Shown piece after piece: positions 33,756 to 43,106 of a stretch of DNA of 64,000 nt. The stretch lies in the NCBI GenBank assembly GCA_019347945.1, contig JAHWKK010000002.1, positions 157,316 to 221,315 on the forward strand, given 5' to 3'. Position 1 is the first letter of the stretch. The number at the start of each line of letters is the position of its first letter. A program made the translations under genes and the position numbers. A model generated the notes under the pieces. It ran no database searches, was not told where the DNA came from, and was given only the letters and a program-made list of their open reading frames with translations. The stretch comes from Acidobacteriota bacterium. GTDB lineage: Bacteria > Acidobacteriota > Thermoanaerobaculia > Gp7-AA8 > JAHWKK01.

Positions 33756-36260
33756 CTAATACTCGAGCACCTTTCGTGCGGCGGCGGTCATGAGCTCGAG
33801 CGAAGGGAGATAGGCGCGCTCGAGCGGCGGCGAATAGGGCACGGGGGTATCGAGCGAGCCGACGACCCTCACCGGCGCGTCGAGCCAGTCGAAAGCCTGC
33901 TCCTGGATCATCGACGCGATCGACTCCCCGACACTCCCCCGCTTCGAATCCTCCTGAAGAATCAGCACACGACTGCAGTGCCTCGTCATCGTCAGAACGC
34001 TGTCGACGTCGAGCGGCGCGAGAGTCCGCAGGTCGAGCACGGCTGCTTCGACCCCGTCCCCCTCGAGTTTCGCGGCCACCGCCAGCGCGCGATGGACGAA
34101 CGCACCCCACGAAATGATCAGAAGATCCGAGCCGGCGCGGCGCAGCGCCGCCCGCCCGATCCCGACCGGCTCCGGATCGTCGATCGACTGGCGAATCCGA
34201 GGATCGCGGTAGAGGCCGATGTGCTCGTAATAGAGCACCGGATCGCGATCGGCGACGGCCGCCGCCATCAATGCCCGGGCGTCGCGCGGGGTCGAGGGTA
34301 CGACGATCCGCAGCCCGGCGGTCCGGTAGAACCACGGCTCGGTGTTCTGGCTGTGGTAAGGACCTGCATGCCGCAGCCCGCCCCACGGCATCCGTACGAC
34401 CATCGGAACCTCGCCTCCCCACCGGTATCGGGTCTTCGCGGCGTTGTTGACGAGCTGATTGAACCCTGTTGCAACGAAGTCGTTGAACTGAATCTCGCCG
34501 ATCGGCCGGAGCCCGCCGAGCGCCGCGCCCACGCAGACTCCCAGAATCCCCCCCTCGGACAGCGGCGAGTTGACGATCCGTTCGCCGAACTCCTCGAGCA
34601 ACGGTCTCAGCAGCAGGAATGCATTTCCGTACTTCCCGCCGACGTCTTCTCCGTAAACGAAAACCCGATCGTCGGCCACGAGAGCATCGCGAACCCCGAG
34701 CATCACGGCATCGAGAAAGGTCGCTCCCGACGGATCGGTCTCGATCGGCTCCAGAGCGGGTGTGGAAGCCTTCGCGGGCGTCCCCTGCAGGCGGTCGAGA
34801 ACCTCGAAGTGTCTCTGAGGCTCGTCGTCGAAGGTCACACCGCGCCCTGCCTCCGACTCGTCGGGCCAGTCCGCGTCGATTACCCTCTGTGCTTCCGACT
34901 GGACGAGCTCGGTCGCCTCCCGCATCCATTCCTCGGTTTGGGATTCGTCGATGACGCCGTCACCGATCAGAAGCGCGGCGTACCGGTCGATCGGATCTCG
35001 CCTGCTCCAGTAGTCCCATGCGTCGCGATCGGCATAGCCCTGATCGGTCAGCTCGGGATAGCTCCAGCCGGGAAGCTGCTCCCGACCGTGATAGAGCATG
35101 TCGTCGTGATGAGCGTGACCACACATCCGCATGGCGACGAGCTCGATGAGCGCCGGACCTTTTCCGTCACGAGCGCGACCGGCAGCCCAGGCGAAGGTAG
35201 CGGCGATTCCGTCCGGGTCGGTTCCATCGACCGTTACGCCCGGGAGCCCGTAACCAAGGGCCTTGTCGGCGAAGCAGCGGACGGCGGTCTGGTCTTCGAG
35301 GGGAGTCGAGAGGGCCGTCTGATTGTTCTGCACACAGAAGATCGCCGGTAGTTTTCGTGCGGCACAGACGTTGATTGCCTCGTGCCATTCTCCGAGGGAG
35401 GTCCCTCCTTCTCCGATGAAGGACACCGCGACCCGGCCGGTCCCCTGCCGCGCAAACGCCATCGCGACCCCCGCGATCGTGGCGGACGAGATCGCGAGCG
35501 GTGCCGACGCCGGAAGGATTCCGCGGTCCCATCGGCCGATGTGCAGATCCTTCCCGTTCATCGGCGGGCCGGCTTTGCCCATCTGAGCGTTGAGAACCAT
35601 CCGGACGGTATCGCCGTCGGGAGACATGGCGAGCGCCGCTCCGAGGTCACGGATGAGGGGAGCGATCACATCTCCGGTCCATTCTCCGCCGATCTCGAGC
35701 GCTGCCCCGCGACGCAGCCTCAGCGGTGCCGCATAAATCGCCTCCTGGCCGAGCGAGCGGAAGCCCTTGCCCTGAAACGGAGCCCCCTCGAACTTGACCT
35801 CGCCGCTCGAGAAGAACTGTTTGAGACGGTTGTCGGTGGCTCGCGTCAGAAGCATCCCGCGAAGGATCTCGATCCGTTCCTCCGGGCGGAGCGACGCGCG
35901 GATCGCCTCTCTCTCGATGAACGATCCCGCCTCGTCAATGAGCTGGTCGAGCGCGATCTCGAGTCGCTTGCCTGTAGTGACGCGCGGGGTCACTTCGGCG
36001 TCGATCGAGGTCCCCTCGAGATTGCGCGCATTCGAGCGCTCGAACAGATGGGACAGCGCGTGACGAAGGTGATTGCCGAACGAGCGAATCGCCTCGGGGT
36101 TCCGTTCGGGATTGCCCGAGGAGGCGTCCATCGCGTTCTCGAAGGCGACCTGCGCGAGCCCGAGAGCGAACGGAAACCGCTCGATGACGAGAGCACGGAA
36201 ACGGGAGCGGAGGTCGGTCTTCGGAAGCGGTTCGAATTCGCCGCCGGCGCTCTGGCTCAT
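33756..36260 (-). CDS. 2-oxoacid dehydrogenase E1 component, fused alpha-beta subunits (TPP-dependent)
   Basis: The alpha part has GEGGTSLGEWHEAINVCAARKLPAIFCVQNNQTA. The beta/transketolase-like part has VFVYGEDVGGKYG... The start at 36260 overlaps the queF stop (TGATG). Confidence 0.85.
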   Translation of the reverse strand: MSQSAGGEFEPLPKTDLRSRFRALVIERFPFALGLAQVAFENAMDASSGNPERNPEAIRSFGNHLRHALSHLFERSNARNLEGTSIDAEVTPRVTTGKRLEIALDQLIDEAGSFIEREAIRASLRPEERIEILRGMLLTRATDNRLKQFFSSGEVKFEGAPFQGKGFRSLGQEAIYAAPLRLRRGAALEIGGEWTGDVIAPLIRDLGAALAMSPDGDTVRMVLNAQMGKAGPPMNGKDLHIGRWDRGILPASAPLAISSATIAGVAMAFARQGTGRVAVSFIGEGGTSLGEWHEAINVCAARKLPAIFCVQNNQTALSTPLEDQTAVRCFADKALGYGLPGVTVDGTDPDGIAATFAWAAGRARDGKGPALIELVAMRMCGHAHHDDMLYHGREQLPGWSYPELTDQGYADRDAWDYWSRRDPIDRYAALLIGDGVIDESQTEEWMREATELVQSEAQRVIDADWPDESEAGRGVTFDDEPQRHFEVLDRLQGTPAKASTPALEPIETDPSGATFLDAVMLGVRDALVADDRVFVYGEDVGGKYGNAFLLLRPLLEEFGERIVNSPLSEGGILGVCVGAALGGLRPIGEIQFNDFVATGFNQLVNNAAKTRYRWGGEVPMVVRMPWGGLRHAGPYHSQNTEPWFYRTAGLRIVVPSTPRDARALMAAAVADRDPVLYYEHIGLYRDPRIRQSIDDPEPVGIGRAALRRAGSDLLIISWGAFVHRALAVAAKLEGDGVEAAVLDLRTLAPLDVDSVLTMTRHCSRVLILQEDSKRGSVGESIASMIQEQAFDWLDAPVRVVGSLDTPVPYSPPLERAYLPSLELMTAAARKVLEY

Positions 36261-36631
36261 CAGCCGGCCGCCTCCGGTCTCGATCCGTGACGAGCCGTGA
36301 CCACAGTCCGGATCCCACCGCGAATCTGGAAGTCTCCTCTCACTTCCATCCATCGGGGGGAAACGGCACCGACCAGATCGTCGAGGATCCGGTTGGTCAC
36401 CGCCTCGTGGAAGGCTCCCTCGTCACGATACGACCAGAGATAGAGCTTGAGCGACTTCAGCTCGACACACAACTCGTCGGGAACGTATCGGATGCTGATC
36501 CGTGCGAAATCCGGCTGCCCGGTCATCGGACATACGCAGGTGAATTCGCTGGTGTCGAACGCAATCTCGTAATCGCGCCCGGGTCTCGGATTGGGAAAAG
36601 TTTCGAGGTCTCTGGAGGGGGCGGTCGGCAA
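36260..36631 (-). CDS. queF: NADPH-dependent 7-cyano-7-deazaguanine (preQ0) reductase
   Basis: 123 aa with [15 protein letters not shown] and the [11 protein letters not shown] motif. Confidence 0.93.
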   Translation of the reverse strand: MPTAPSRDLETFPNPRPGRDYEIAFDTSEFTCVCPMTGQPDFARISIRYVPDELCVELKSLKLYLWSYRDEGAFHEAVTNRILDDLVGAVSPRWMEVRGDFQIRGGIRTVVTARHGSRPEAAG

Positions 36632-36638
36632 TCCTTCC

Positions 36639-38084
36639 TCACTTCGCCATCAGTTTCTGATTGAGCTCGCGGATCCGCTCCTGAAGCTGTTGAATCTTGG
36701 CCTGACCCTCGGAACGAAGCCTCTCGTTCTCCGCGCGAAGTTTCTGGAGCTCTTCGCCATCCCCGCTCGGTGTCTCGAGCCGCTCTTTGAGCGCGTTGAT
36801 CTGATATTCGAAATCCTGACGGAGATTGGAGATCTCCTCGTCCTTTTCGAGCATCCGGAGCTTGAACTTCTCCTCCTGTTCCTCGAAGCGTTCCTTGATG
36901 TCCATCAGCTCGGCGATCTGTGAGAAATCGGCTTTGCTCGGCACGTCTCCACCTCCCGTTCGTACTCGCTCTTCGATCTGGGGAAACATCTTTCGCAGTT
37001 TCAGCGACAAGTCTTCCGGCTCGCTCGTCAGCTCCATCGCATCTTCGTACGAGATTCGCTGGTGGACGAGAAGCGCCATCAGCGACTGGTTCATCGACTG
37101 CATCCTGAAGAAGGAAACCGAGCCTTCGAGCTCCTCCATGATCTCGTTGGTGGCACCCGTTTCGATGAGCTTGGCGATTTTCGGAGTGTTCCGGAGGATC
37201 TCGACGGCGGCCGTCATCTTCCCGTCGATCGTTTTGACGAGCTTGAGCGAAATGATTCCGCGCAGGACGAGAGCGAGCTGTCCCCTCACCTGCTGCTGCT
37301 GGTCGGCCGGAAAGGAGTCGACGATCCGGTCGATCGTCTGGGCCGCGTTGTTCGTATGGAGAGTCGAATAGACGAGGTGGCCGGTCTCGGCAGCTGTAAG
37401 GACCGTCTCGATCGTTTCGGGATCGCGCATCTCGCCGACCATGATGACGTCCGGGTCCTGCCGCATCGAGTTGCGGAGCGCTTCCCGGAAGCTCGGCGTA
37501 TCAGTACCGACTTCACGCTGAGAGATCGCCGCGACGGCATCCTGCATGAGAAATTCGATCGGGTCTTCGATGGTCACGATGTGAAGCGGCTCGCGGTCGG
37601 CGATCCGGCGCATCATCGCCGCCAGCGTGGTCGATTTACCGCTCCCGGTCGGTCCGGTCACCAGCACGAGGCCGTCGGGAATCTCGGTGTAGTAATCGAG
37701 CGAATCAGGAAGCTCGAGGTCCTCCATCGACTGGACATTGATCGGAATGCGTCGGAACACCGCTCCCACAGTTCCACGCTGGCGGTAGAGGTTTCCGCGG
37801 AACCTCGCGACTCCCGGGACACCGTATCCGACGTCGACCGAATTCTTCTCGTCGAAGACGTTCCGCTGCCGGGGCGTGAGAATCGGCAGGAGCATTCGCT
37901 CGAGATCCGCGGGCTTCAACGGTTCCATCTTCACGGGCACCAGTTGCCCCCGCATCCGGAGAAGAGGGGGTCTCATCGGTTTCAGATGAAGATCCGAGGC
38001 CTGATGCTGGGCCATGAACGTCAGGAGGTCGTTGAGGCCGAGAGCCTCGTTGCCTGCCGCTTTCGCAGTCGTTGCCGCCGTCAC
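36639..38084 (-). CDS. PilT-family secretion/twitching ATPase with a C-terminal coiled-coil extension of about 110 aa
   Basis: Walker [27 protein letters not shown] and STLHTNNA. The last ~110 aa are E/K/L/Q-rich heptad-like sequence. Confidence 0.85.
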   Translation of the reverse strand: MTAATTAKAAGNEALGLNDLLTFMAQHQASDLHLKPMRPPLLRMRGQLVPVKMEPLKPADLERMLLPILTPRQRNVFDEKNSVDVGYGVPGVARFRGNLYRQRGTVGAVFRRIPINVQSMEDLELPDSLDYYTEIPDGLVLVTGPTGSGKSTTLAAMMRRIADREPLHIVTIEDPIEFLMQDAVAAISQREVGTDTPSFREALRNSMRQDPDVIMVGEMRDPETIETVLTAAETGHLVYSTLHTNNAAQTIDRIVDSFPADQQQQVRGQLALVLRGIISLKLVKTIDGKMTAAVEILRNTPKIAKLIETGATNEIMEELEGSVSFFRMQSMNQSLMALLVHQRISYEDAMELTSEPEDLSLKLRKMFPQIEERVRTGGGDVPSKADFSQIAELMDIKERFEEQEEKFKLRMLEKDEEISNLRQDFEYQINALKERLETPSGDGEELQKLRAENERLRSEGQAKIQQLQERIRELNQKLMAK

Positions 38085-38158
38085 GCTTTCACCTTTCTCT
38101 CCGTCGCCTGGAGCGTTGCCTTCTCCCGACTATTCCATCACAACGCGCGCGCGGGCAG

Positions 38159-38617
38159 CTACTTTCTCATTACGGAATCGAGAATCATCATGAAGGCTTC
38201 CTGCTGCTTCGGCTCGGTCTTGTTGATCACCGCAATGGCTTCTCCGATGCGGAACCGGCGGTGCAGCTCGTCCGCGTGATGAGACGAGGTCACGATGATC
38301 CTTCGGGGTGGGACGTTCCTCTGGCGCGCGTATGCGACGAACTTCTGCCCGTCCATCCCGGGCATCTCGAGGTCGACGATCAGCAGATCGATCGACTCAT
38401 CGATCGCTGGAAGCGCATCATAAGGATGCCGATACGTTTCGACTTCGGCGATGTCTCCATAGCGCTCGCACAGCGTGTTCTCCCACAGGTCACAGAATGC
38501 CGGAGAGTCGTCGACGATGACGATCCTCTTCCGGCGGCCTGCGCCTTCACCGCCTGGCGCGCTTCCGGCCGGAACCTGCCGGGGCTTTTCGTCCGGTTCT
38601 CGATTTCTCTTCATCAA
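38159..38617 (-). CDS. CheY-like response-regulator receiver with a basic N-terminal tail
   Basis: IVIVDDSP, LLIVDLEMPGMDG and a K region. The N-terminal ~23 codons overlap the 3' end of pyrC in another frame. Confidence 0.8.
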   Translation of the reverse strand: MMKRNREPDEKPRQVPAGSAPGGEGAGRRKRIVIVDDSPAFCDLWENTLCERYGDIAEVETYRHPYDALPAIDESIDLLIVDLEMPGMDGQKFVAYARQRNVPPRRIIVTSSHHADELHRRFRIGEAIAVINKTEPKQQEAFMMILDSVMRK

Positions 38618-39884
38618 TTGCGTACCGCACCTCTCCTCCGACGATGGTCGCCTCCACCCTGCCTCGGAACGACTTTCCGCGGAAGGGCGAATTCACCGCC
38701 TTCGATTGGAACTTCTCGAAGCTCGTCTCGGCTTCCGGGTCGACGATGGTCACATCGCCGGCCTCTCCTTCATCGAATCGGCCGCCGGGCAATGAGAACG
38801 CCGCAGCCGGCCCGCTCGTCAGGAGCTCGATGAGCCGCTCGATACCGATTCGTTTTCCATGCACCAGCGCCTCACATGACACCGCGAACGCCGTCTCCAG
38901 ACCGATGATGCCGAACGGCGCGAGGTCGAACTCCACGTCTTTTTCGTCCGGATGATGCGGCGCGTGGTCGGTGGCGATTGCATCGATCGTTCCGTCTTCG
39001 ATCGCGTTGATCAACGCATCCACATGCTCACGGGAGCGAAGAGGCGGCTTCATCTTGAGCGAGGTCGAATAGCTGACCAGCTCGGCGTCGGTCAATGCGA
39101 GGTGATGTGGCGTCGCCTCACACGTCACCTTCGCGCCGTGCGCGCGGCCGTAACGAACCGCTTCGATCGCTCCCGCGGTCGACAGATGGGCAATGTGGAG
39201 CCGCCCCCCCGTCATCGCCGCCAGCACCACGTCCCGCCATGCCATCATTTCCTCGGATGCCGCCGGCATCCCGACCATCCCGAGCAGCGTCGAATAATAG
39301 CCTTCGTGCATCACTCCCGACTCGCCCAGGACGAGGTCTTCGAGATGCACCGAGATCGGCAGGCCGAGCATGCTGCTGTACTCCAGAGCCCGGCGCATCA
39401 GCAGCGGGCTCATCACCGGGCGGCCGTCATCGCTGAACGCAACACACCCGGCTTTTGCAAGATCGGCCATCTCCGCGATCTCTTCGCCGGCCAGGCGCTT
39501 GCTCACCGCCCCGACCGGATAGACGCGGCAAAGTCCGTTGCGATTCGCCTCGGCGAGAATCATCTCGGTCACCGCACGCTCGTCGTTCGGAGGGAGCGTG
39601 TTCGCCATCGCACAAACGGCGGTGAATCCCCCCCGGATCGCTGCCGCCGTTCCGGTCCGGATCGTCTCCTTGTGCTCGAATCCTGGCTCGCGGAGGTGAG
39701 TGTGAAGATCGATGAAGCCCGGCGCGACGATCTTTCCCTTCGCATCGATCGTCTGGATCCCCGAGGGATTCGCCTTCGACCCGACCTTCTCGATCCGCCC
39801 CTTGCGGATCAGCAGGTTCGCTTCCGTGTCGGTTCCGTTCGCGGTATCGATGATCCTGCCGTTTCTGATCAGAAGATCCTTCAT
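38547..39884 (-). CDS. pyrC: Dihydroorotase
   Basis: [15 protein letters not shown] and other amidohydrolase motifs. The Met at 39884 overlaps the pyrB stop (ATGA). Confidence 0.92.
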   Translation of the reverse strand: MKDLLIRNGRIIDTANGTDTEANLLIRKGRIEKVGSKANPSGIQTIDAKGKIVAPGFIDLHTHLREPGFEHKETIRTGTAAAIRGGFTAVCAMANTLPPNDERAVTEMILAEANRNGLCRVYPVGAVSKRLAGEEIAEMADLAKAGCVAFSDDGRPVMSPLLMRRALEYSSMLGLPISVHLEDLVLGESGVMHEGYYSTLLGMVGMPAASEEMMAWRDVVLAAMTGGRLHIAHLSTAGAIEAVRYGRAHGAKVTCEATPHHLALTDAELVSYSTSLKMKPPLRSREHVDALINAIEDGTIDAIATDHAPHHPDEKDVEFDLAPFGIIGLETAFAVSCEALVHGKRIGIERLIELLTSGPAAAFSLPGGRFDEGEAGDVTIVDPEAETSFEKFQSKAVNSPFRGKSFRGRVEATIVGGEVRYAIDEEKSRTGRKAPAGSGRKRARR

Positions 39885-40831
39885 TCGCCGAGCTCCAGCC
39901 TGGCGCCCGACAGCAGATAGAGCACGGCCATCCGGACCGCGATACCGTTGGTCACCTGGTCGAGGATCACCGACCACGGGCCGTCGGCAACGTCGGAGGC
40001 GATCTCGACGCCGCGGTTCATCGGTCCCGGATGCATCACGATGGCGTCGGGACGCGCCCGCTTGAGCCGCTCAGGGGTGAGGCCGAACGTGTTGAAGTAC
40101 TCGCGAAGCGACGGGAATCGGAGCGAGCCCTGCCTCTCGAGCTGCATCCGGAGCATCATCACGGCATCGGCCCCTTCGAGCGCCTCGTCCAGCGAGTGGA
40201 CCACGCGGACACCGAACTTCTCGATCTCTGCCGGCATCAGCGTCGGCGGTGCCGAGAGCGTCACCTTCGCTCCCATTTTCGTCAGCAGGTGGATATTGGA
40301 GCGGACCACTCGGGAATGGGCGATGTCGCCGACGATCGAGATTGCGACATCTTTCAGCCGGCCGAGGCGTTCGCGGATCGTGAAAGCGTCGAGCAGTGCC
40401 TGGGTGGGATGCTCGTGAGGACCATCGCCGGCATTGATGATCGAAGCGGGAAGCCGCGCGGCGAGGATATGGGGCGCGCCGGCATGTTTGTGCCTGATGA
40501 CGATCATATTGGGACTCATCGCCATCAGGTTCATCGCCGTGTCGAGAAGCGTCTCTCCCTTCTCGACCGAGGAGCCGGATGCGCTGAAGTTGAGAGTGTC
40601 GGCGGAGAGCCGTTTCTCGGCGATCTCGAAGGAGACCCTTGTTCGGGTCGAAGCCTCCATGAAGAAGTTGATGACCAGCTGACCTCTCAGCGCCGGGACT
40701 TTCTTCACAGGCCGTTCGCTGACTTCCTTGAAACCTTCCGCCGTGTCGAGAATCAGTTCGATCTCATCGGCGGTGAGGGGCTCGATACCGAGAAGATCCT
40801 TCGATCGGAGCGCCTTCGCTGCTGTCCTCAA
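39881..40831 (-). CDS. pyrB: Aspartate carbamoyltransferase catalytic subunit
   Basis: STRTR, HPTQ and HPGP motifs. 316 aa. Confidence 0.95.
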   Translation of the reverse strand: MRTAAKALRSKDLLGIEPLTADEIELILDTAEGFKEVSERPVKKVPALRGQLVINFFMEASTRTRVSFEIAEKRLSADTLNFSASGSSVEKGETLLDTAMNLMAMSPNMIVIRHKHAGAPHILAARLPASIINAGDGPHEHPTQALLDAFTIRERLGRLKDVAISIVGDIAHSRVVRSNIHLLTKMGAKVTLSAPPTLMPAEIEKFGVRVVHSLDEALEGADAVMMLRMQLERQGSLRFPSLREYFNTFGLTPERLKRARPDAIVMHPGPMNRGVEIASDVADGPWSVILDQVTNGIAVRMAVLYLLSGARLELGE

Positions 40832-41364
40832 ACTTTCTCCATGATGAGCACCTCGTCATCGCCGTCGATCTCTTTGACCTTCACTTTGATGACTTCGGAC
40901 CTGTCGGTCGGCACGAGTTTTCCGATCACGTCCGCGTGGACGGGAAGCTCGCGGTGGCCTCGATCGACGAGGACGGCGAGCCGCACGACTTTCGGCCGTC
41001 CGAAATCGACGAGCGCGTCGAGCGCCGCCCGAACGGTCCGTCCGGTGTAGAGCACGTCGTCGACCAGGATGACATTCTTCCCTTCGATCATCGGAAGCGA
41101 GGTCGGCTTCACGACCGGTTGTGGAGCCACGGTCGTGAGGTCATCCCTGTACAGGGTGATGTCGAGAATCCCGAGCGGGACGACCTCCCCTTCGGTCTCC
41201 TCGATCTTTTCCACGATTCGCTCCGCCAGGGGAACGCCTCGGCTTCGAATGCCCACGATCACGAGGTCTTCGATTCCTCGGTTTCCCTCGACGATCTCGA
41301 TCGCCATCCGGCTGATTGCGCGGTTCATGCGTGCGGCGTCGAGGATGCTCTTCTTCTCTTTCAT
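40828..41364 (-). CDS. pyrR: Bifunctional pyrimidine operon regulator / uracil phosphoribosyltransferase
   Basis: 178 aa with PRPP motif [13 protein letters not shown]. It is the first gene of pyrR-pyrB-pyrC. Confidence 0.93.
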   Translation of the reverse strand: MKEKKSILDAARMNRAISRMAIEIVEGNRGIEDLVIVGIRSRGVPLAERIVEKIEETEGEVVPLGILDITLYRDDLTTVAPQPVVKPTSLPMIEGKNVILVDDVLYTGRTVRAALDALVDFGRPKVVRLAVLVDRGHRELPVHADVIGKLVPTDRSEVIKVKVKEIDGDDEVLIMEKV

Positions 41365-41399
41365 CGGGTCTCCGTGGGAGCGAGGGCGGGCCGCAGCGC

Positions 41400-41428
41400 A
41401 GAATAAGCAGATGCCCTCGTGGTGTCAA
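41400..41428 (-). promoter_or_regulatory. Candidate sigma70 promoter for pyrR (TTGACA-17 nt-TATTCT)
   Basis: Read on the minus strand: TTGACA ccacgagggcatctgct TATTCT, about 35 nt upstream of the pyrR ATG, which has a GGAG RBS. Confidence 0.45.
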
Positions 41429-41571
41429 CGGGGGCGGAAGGGCGCAGGGGCGAATGCCATAAAATTGTGCTGAAGCATATTTTGTCCAAAAAATGCTGAA
41501 TTCATGCGACTGCATCGGCTCTTCAATAAACCGAAGCACCACTTAAGTCTTTGCGTCAGGCAGAATTACGG

Positions 41572-41599
41572 TTGACAATGGTCTTCGACGACGTAGAAT
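41572..41599 (+). promoter_or_regulatory. Candidate sigma70 promoter for the M23 peptidase gene (TTGACA-16 nt-TAGAAT)
   Basis: TTGACA atggtcttcgacgacg TAGAAT lies in an unusually AT-rich spacer, about 60 nt upstream of the ATG at 41662. Confidence 0.45.
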
Positions 41600-41661
41600 A
41601 ACGGTCCACCTCACGGCGTTCAGCGCGGCAACAACGCACGGAACGCCAACTCGGGGAGTCA

Positions 41662-42537
41662 ATGAACAAACGATTTTCAACCATCGTCTTCGTTCCACAT
41701 GCGCGCGCGAAATTCCGGAAAATCCGGGTCTCGCACCGCGTTCTCGCAACCGCTGCGACCGTCGTGACCGTCTCGCTGATTCTTTCGGGATGGTTCTCCT
41801 TCCAGTACTTCAACACCCTGTCGCGGACCTCCGAGCTGAACCGGATCCGTCAGGAAAACCGGGAGCTTCAGACCTCCAACGACCAGTTCGGACGCTCGAT
41901 CGAGTCGCTGCGGGCCGAGCTGAATGCGGTCGAAGAGAGAACACGTCGCCTGGCGATCGTTGCGGGAATCACGCCCGAAGACCTCCGGCAGCAGGGTGGC
42001 GTCGGCGGTCTCTCGATGGATGGCGAAGCGACCGGCAAGTGGATGGATGAAGTCGACCAGATGAGCTTCCGCTCGCGAAGCCTCCACACCGACCTCTCGA
42101 TTCTCGAGAACGAGCTTCTCAGCCAGCACCGGCTCCTTTCCAGCACACCATCGATCGCGCCGGTTCGCGGCATCCTCACCGACAGCTACGGCATGCGCCG
42201 GGATCCGTTCAACCGGAAGATGACGAGCCACAGCGGGGTGGACATCTCGACCAATAGCGGCGTTCCGATCACCTCGCCCGCCGATGGCATCATCGTCAAG
42301 GCGAACTGGGCATCCGGTTACGGGCAGGTCATCTACATCTCGCACGGCTACGGCTATTCGACTCGATACGGCCATCTCTCGAAGATCGCTGTCAAGGCTG
42401 GACAGAAGGTCAAACGGGGCGACACCATCGGCTACGTCGGATCGACCGGACGTTCCACCGGACCCCATCTCCACTACGAGGTTCGTGTCAACGGACAGCC
42501 GGTCAATCCGCTCGAGTACATCCTCGACGCGTTCTGA
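41662..42537 (+). CDS. M23-family (LytM-type) metallopeptidase with N-terminal TM and coiled coil
   Basis: HSGVDIS...GYVGSTGRSTGPHLHYEV motifs and an EnvC-like coiled-coil N-terminal half. Confidence 0.88.
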   Translation: MNKRFSTIVFVPHARAKFRKIRVSHRVLATAATVVTVSLILSGWFSFQYFNTLSRTSELNRIRQENRELQTSNDQFGRSIESLRAELNAVEERTRRLAIVAGITPEDLRQQGGVGGLSMDGEATGKWMDEVDQMSFRSRSLHTDLSILENELLSQHRLLSSTPSIAPVRGILTDSYGMRRDPFNRKMTSHSGVDISTNSGVPITSPADGIIVKANWASGYGQVIYISHGYGYSTRYGHLSKIAVKAGQKVKRGDTIGYVGSTGRSTGPHLHYEVRVNGQPVNPLEYILDAF

Positions 42538-42544
42538 GAACCAG

Positions 42545-42583
42545 GTTCGAGGATCGGGGTGTGAGGTTTGAGGTGCGTTGGGC
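42545..42583. repeat. GAGGTTT/GAGGTGN-type short-repeat arm
   Basis: GTTCGAGGATCGGGGTGTGAGGTTTGAGGTGCGTTGGG is roughly complementary to the CCAACCT arrays at 42727 and 43064. Confidence 0.6.
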
Positions 42584-42629
42584 AGCCTTCCAACTAAGCT
42601 CCACCCCTCCGTTATCGTCTGCGTCCTTC

Positions 42630-42730
42630 GTGATCTTGCAGTGCCGCGGCTGCGGCCAGTCGTGAAGGACGGGAATGATCGCAACCGTCGCGAGCGCGGC
42701 AAGCGGGCGAATTCGATTCCGTCTCTCCAA
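42630..42730 (-). pseudogene. Duplicated 5' fragment of yidD (N-terminal TM segment only)
   Basis: About 100 nt are ~87% identical to 42970-43076. It encodes MERRNRIRPLAALATVAIIPVLHDWPQPRH and then unrelated sequence. The YidD CRFxPTCS core is missing. Confidence 0.55.
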
Positions 42731-42754
42731 CCTCTAACCTCCAACCTCCAACTT
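42727..42754. repeat. Heptamer array CCAACCT CTAACCT CCAACCT CCAACTT
   Basis: Four 7-mers, direct-repeat partner of 43064-43106. Confidence 0.85.
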
Positions 42755-42755
42755 T

Positions 42756-43076
42756 TTACGGCTGATCGACGGTGCCGGCCGGCGTCCAGGGACCGCAGCG
42801 CGCAATCCGTCCGGCGGTCCGCAGCCCGCCGACGAGCGCTCCATTCCTCCGAATCGTCTTCAGGCCGTAGAGCGAGCACGTCGGTTCGAAGCGGCAGTTG
42901 ACGCGGCCTCTGAGGCGGGGGGAGACGGCGGAGCGATATCCTTCGATGACCGTGATGGCTGCGGCCGTTGTGATCTCGCGATGCCGCGGCTGCGGCCAGT
43001 CGTGAAGGACGAGAATGAAGGCAATCGTCGCGAGCACGACCAGCGGGCGAAATCGATTCCGACCCTTAACCCCCAA
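42756..43076 (-). CDS. yidD: Membrane protein insertion efficiency factor YidD with an N-terminal TM extension
   Basis: YRSAVSPRLRGRVNCRFEPTCSLYG...RIARCGPW matches the YidD signature. The TTG start lies inside the heptamer array, so it is uncertain. Confidence 0.8.
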   Translation of the reverse strand: MGVKGRNRFRPLVVLATIAFILVLHDWPQPRHREITTAAAITVIEGYRSAVSPRLRGRVNCRFEPTCSLYGLKTIRRNGALVGGLRTAGRIARCGPWTPAGTVDQP

Positions 43077-43106
43077 CCTCGAACCTCAAGCCTCCAACCT
43101 CCAACC
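43064..43106. repeat. Heptamer array (CCTTAAC CCCCAAC CTCGAAC CTCAAGC CTCCAAC CTCCAAC)
   Basis: Six 7-mers span the yidD start and end at the stop of the upstream eRF1-like gene. Confidence 0.85.

Noticed and set aside
33724-34929. A 401-aa minus-strand ORF and other internal alternative-frame ORFs within the E1 dehydrogenase gene.
   Set aside because: These are in a different frame of the same region as a gene with clear TPP-enzyme motifs, and their products are Arg/Gly/Asp-rich low-complexity sequence.
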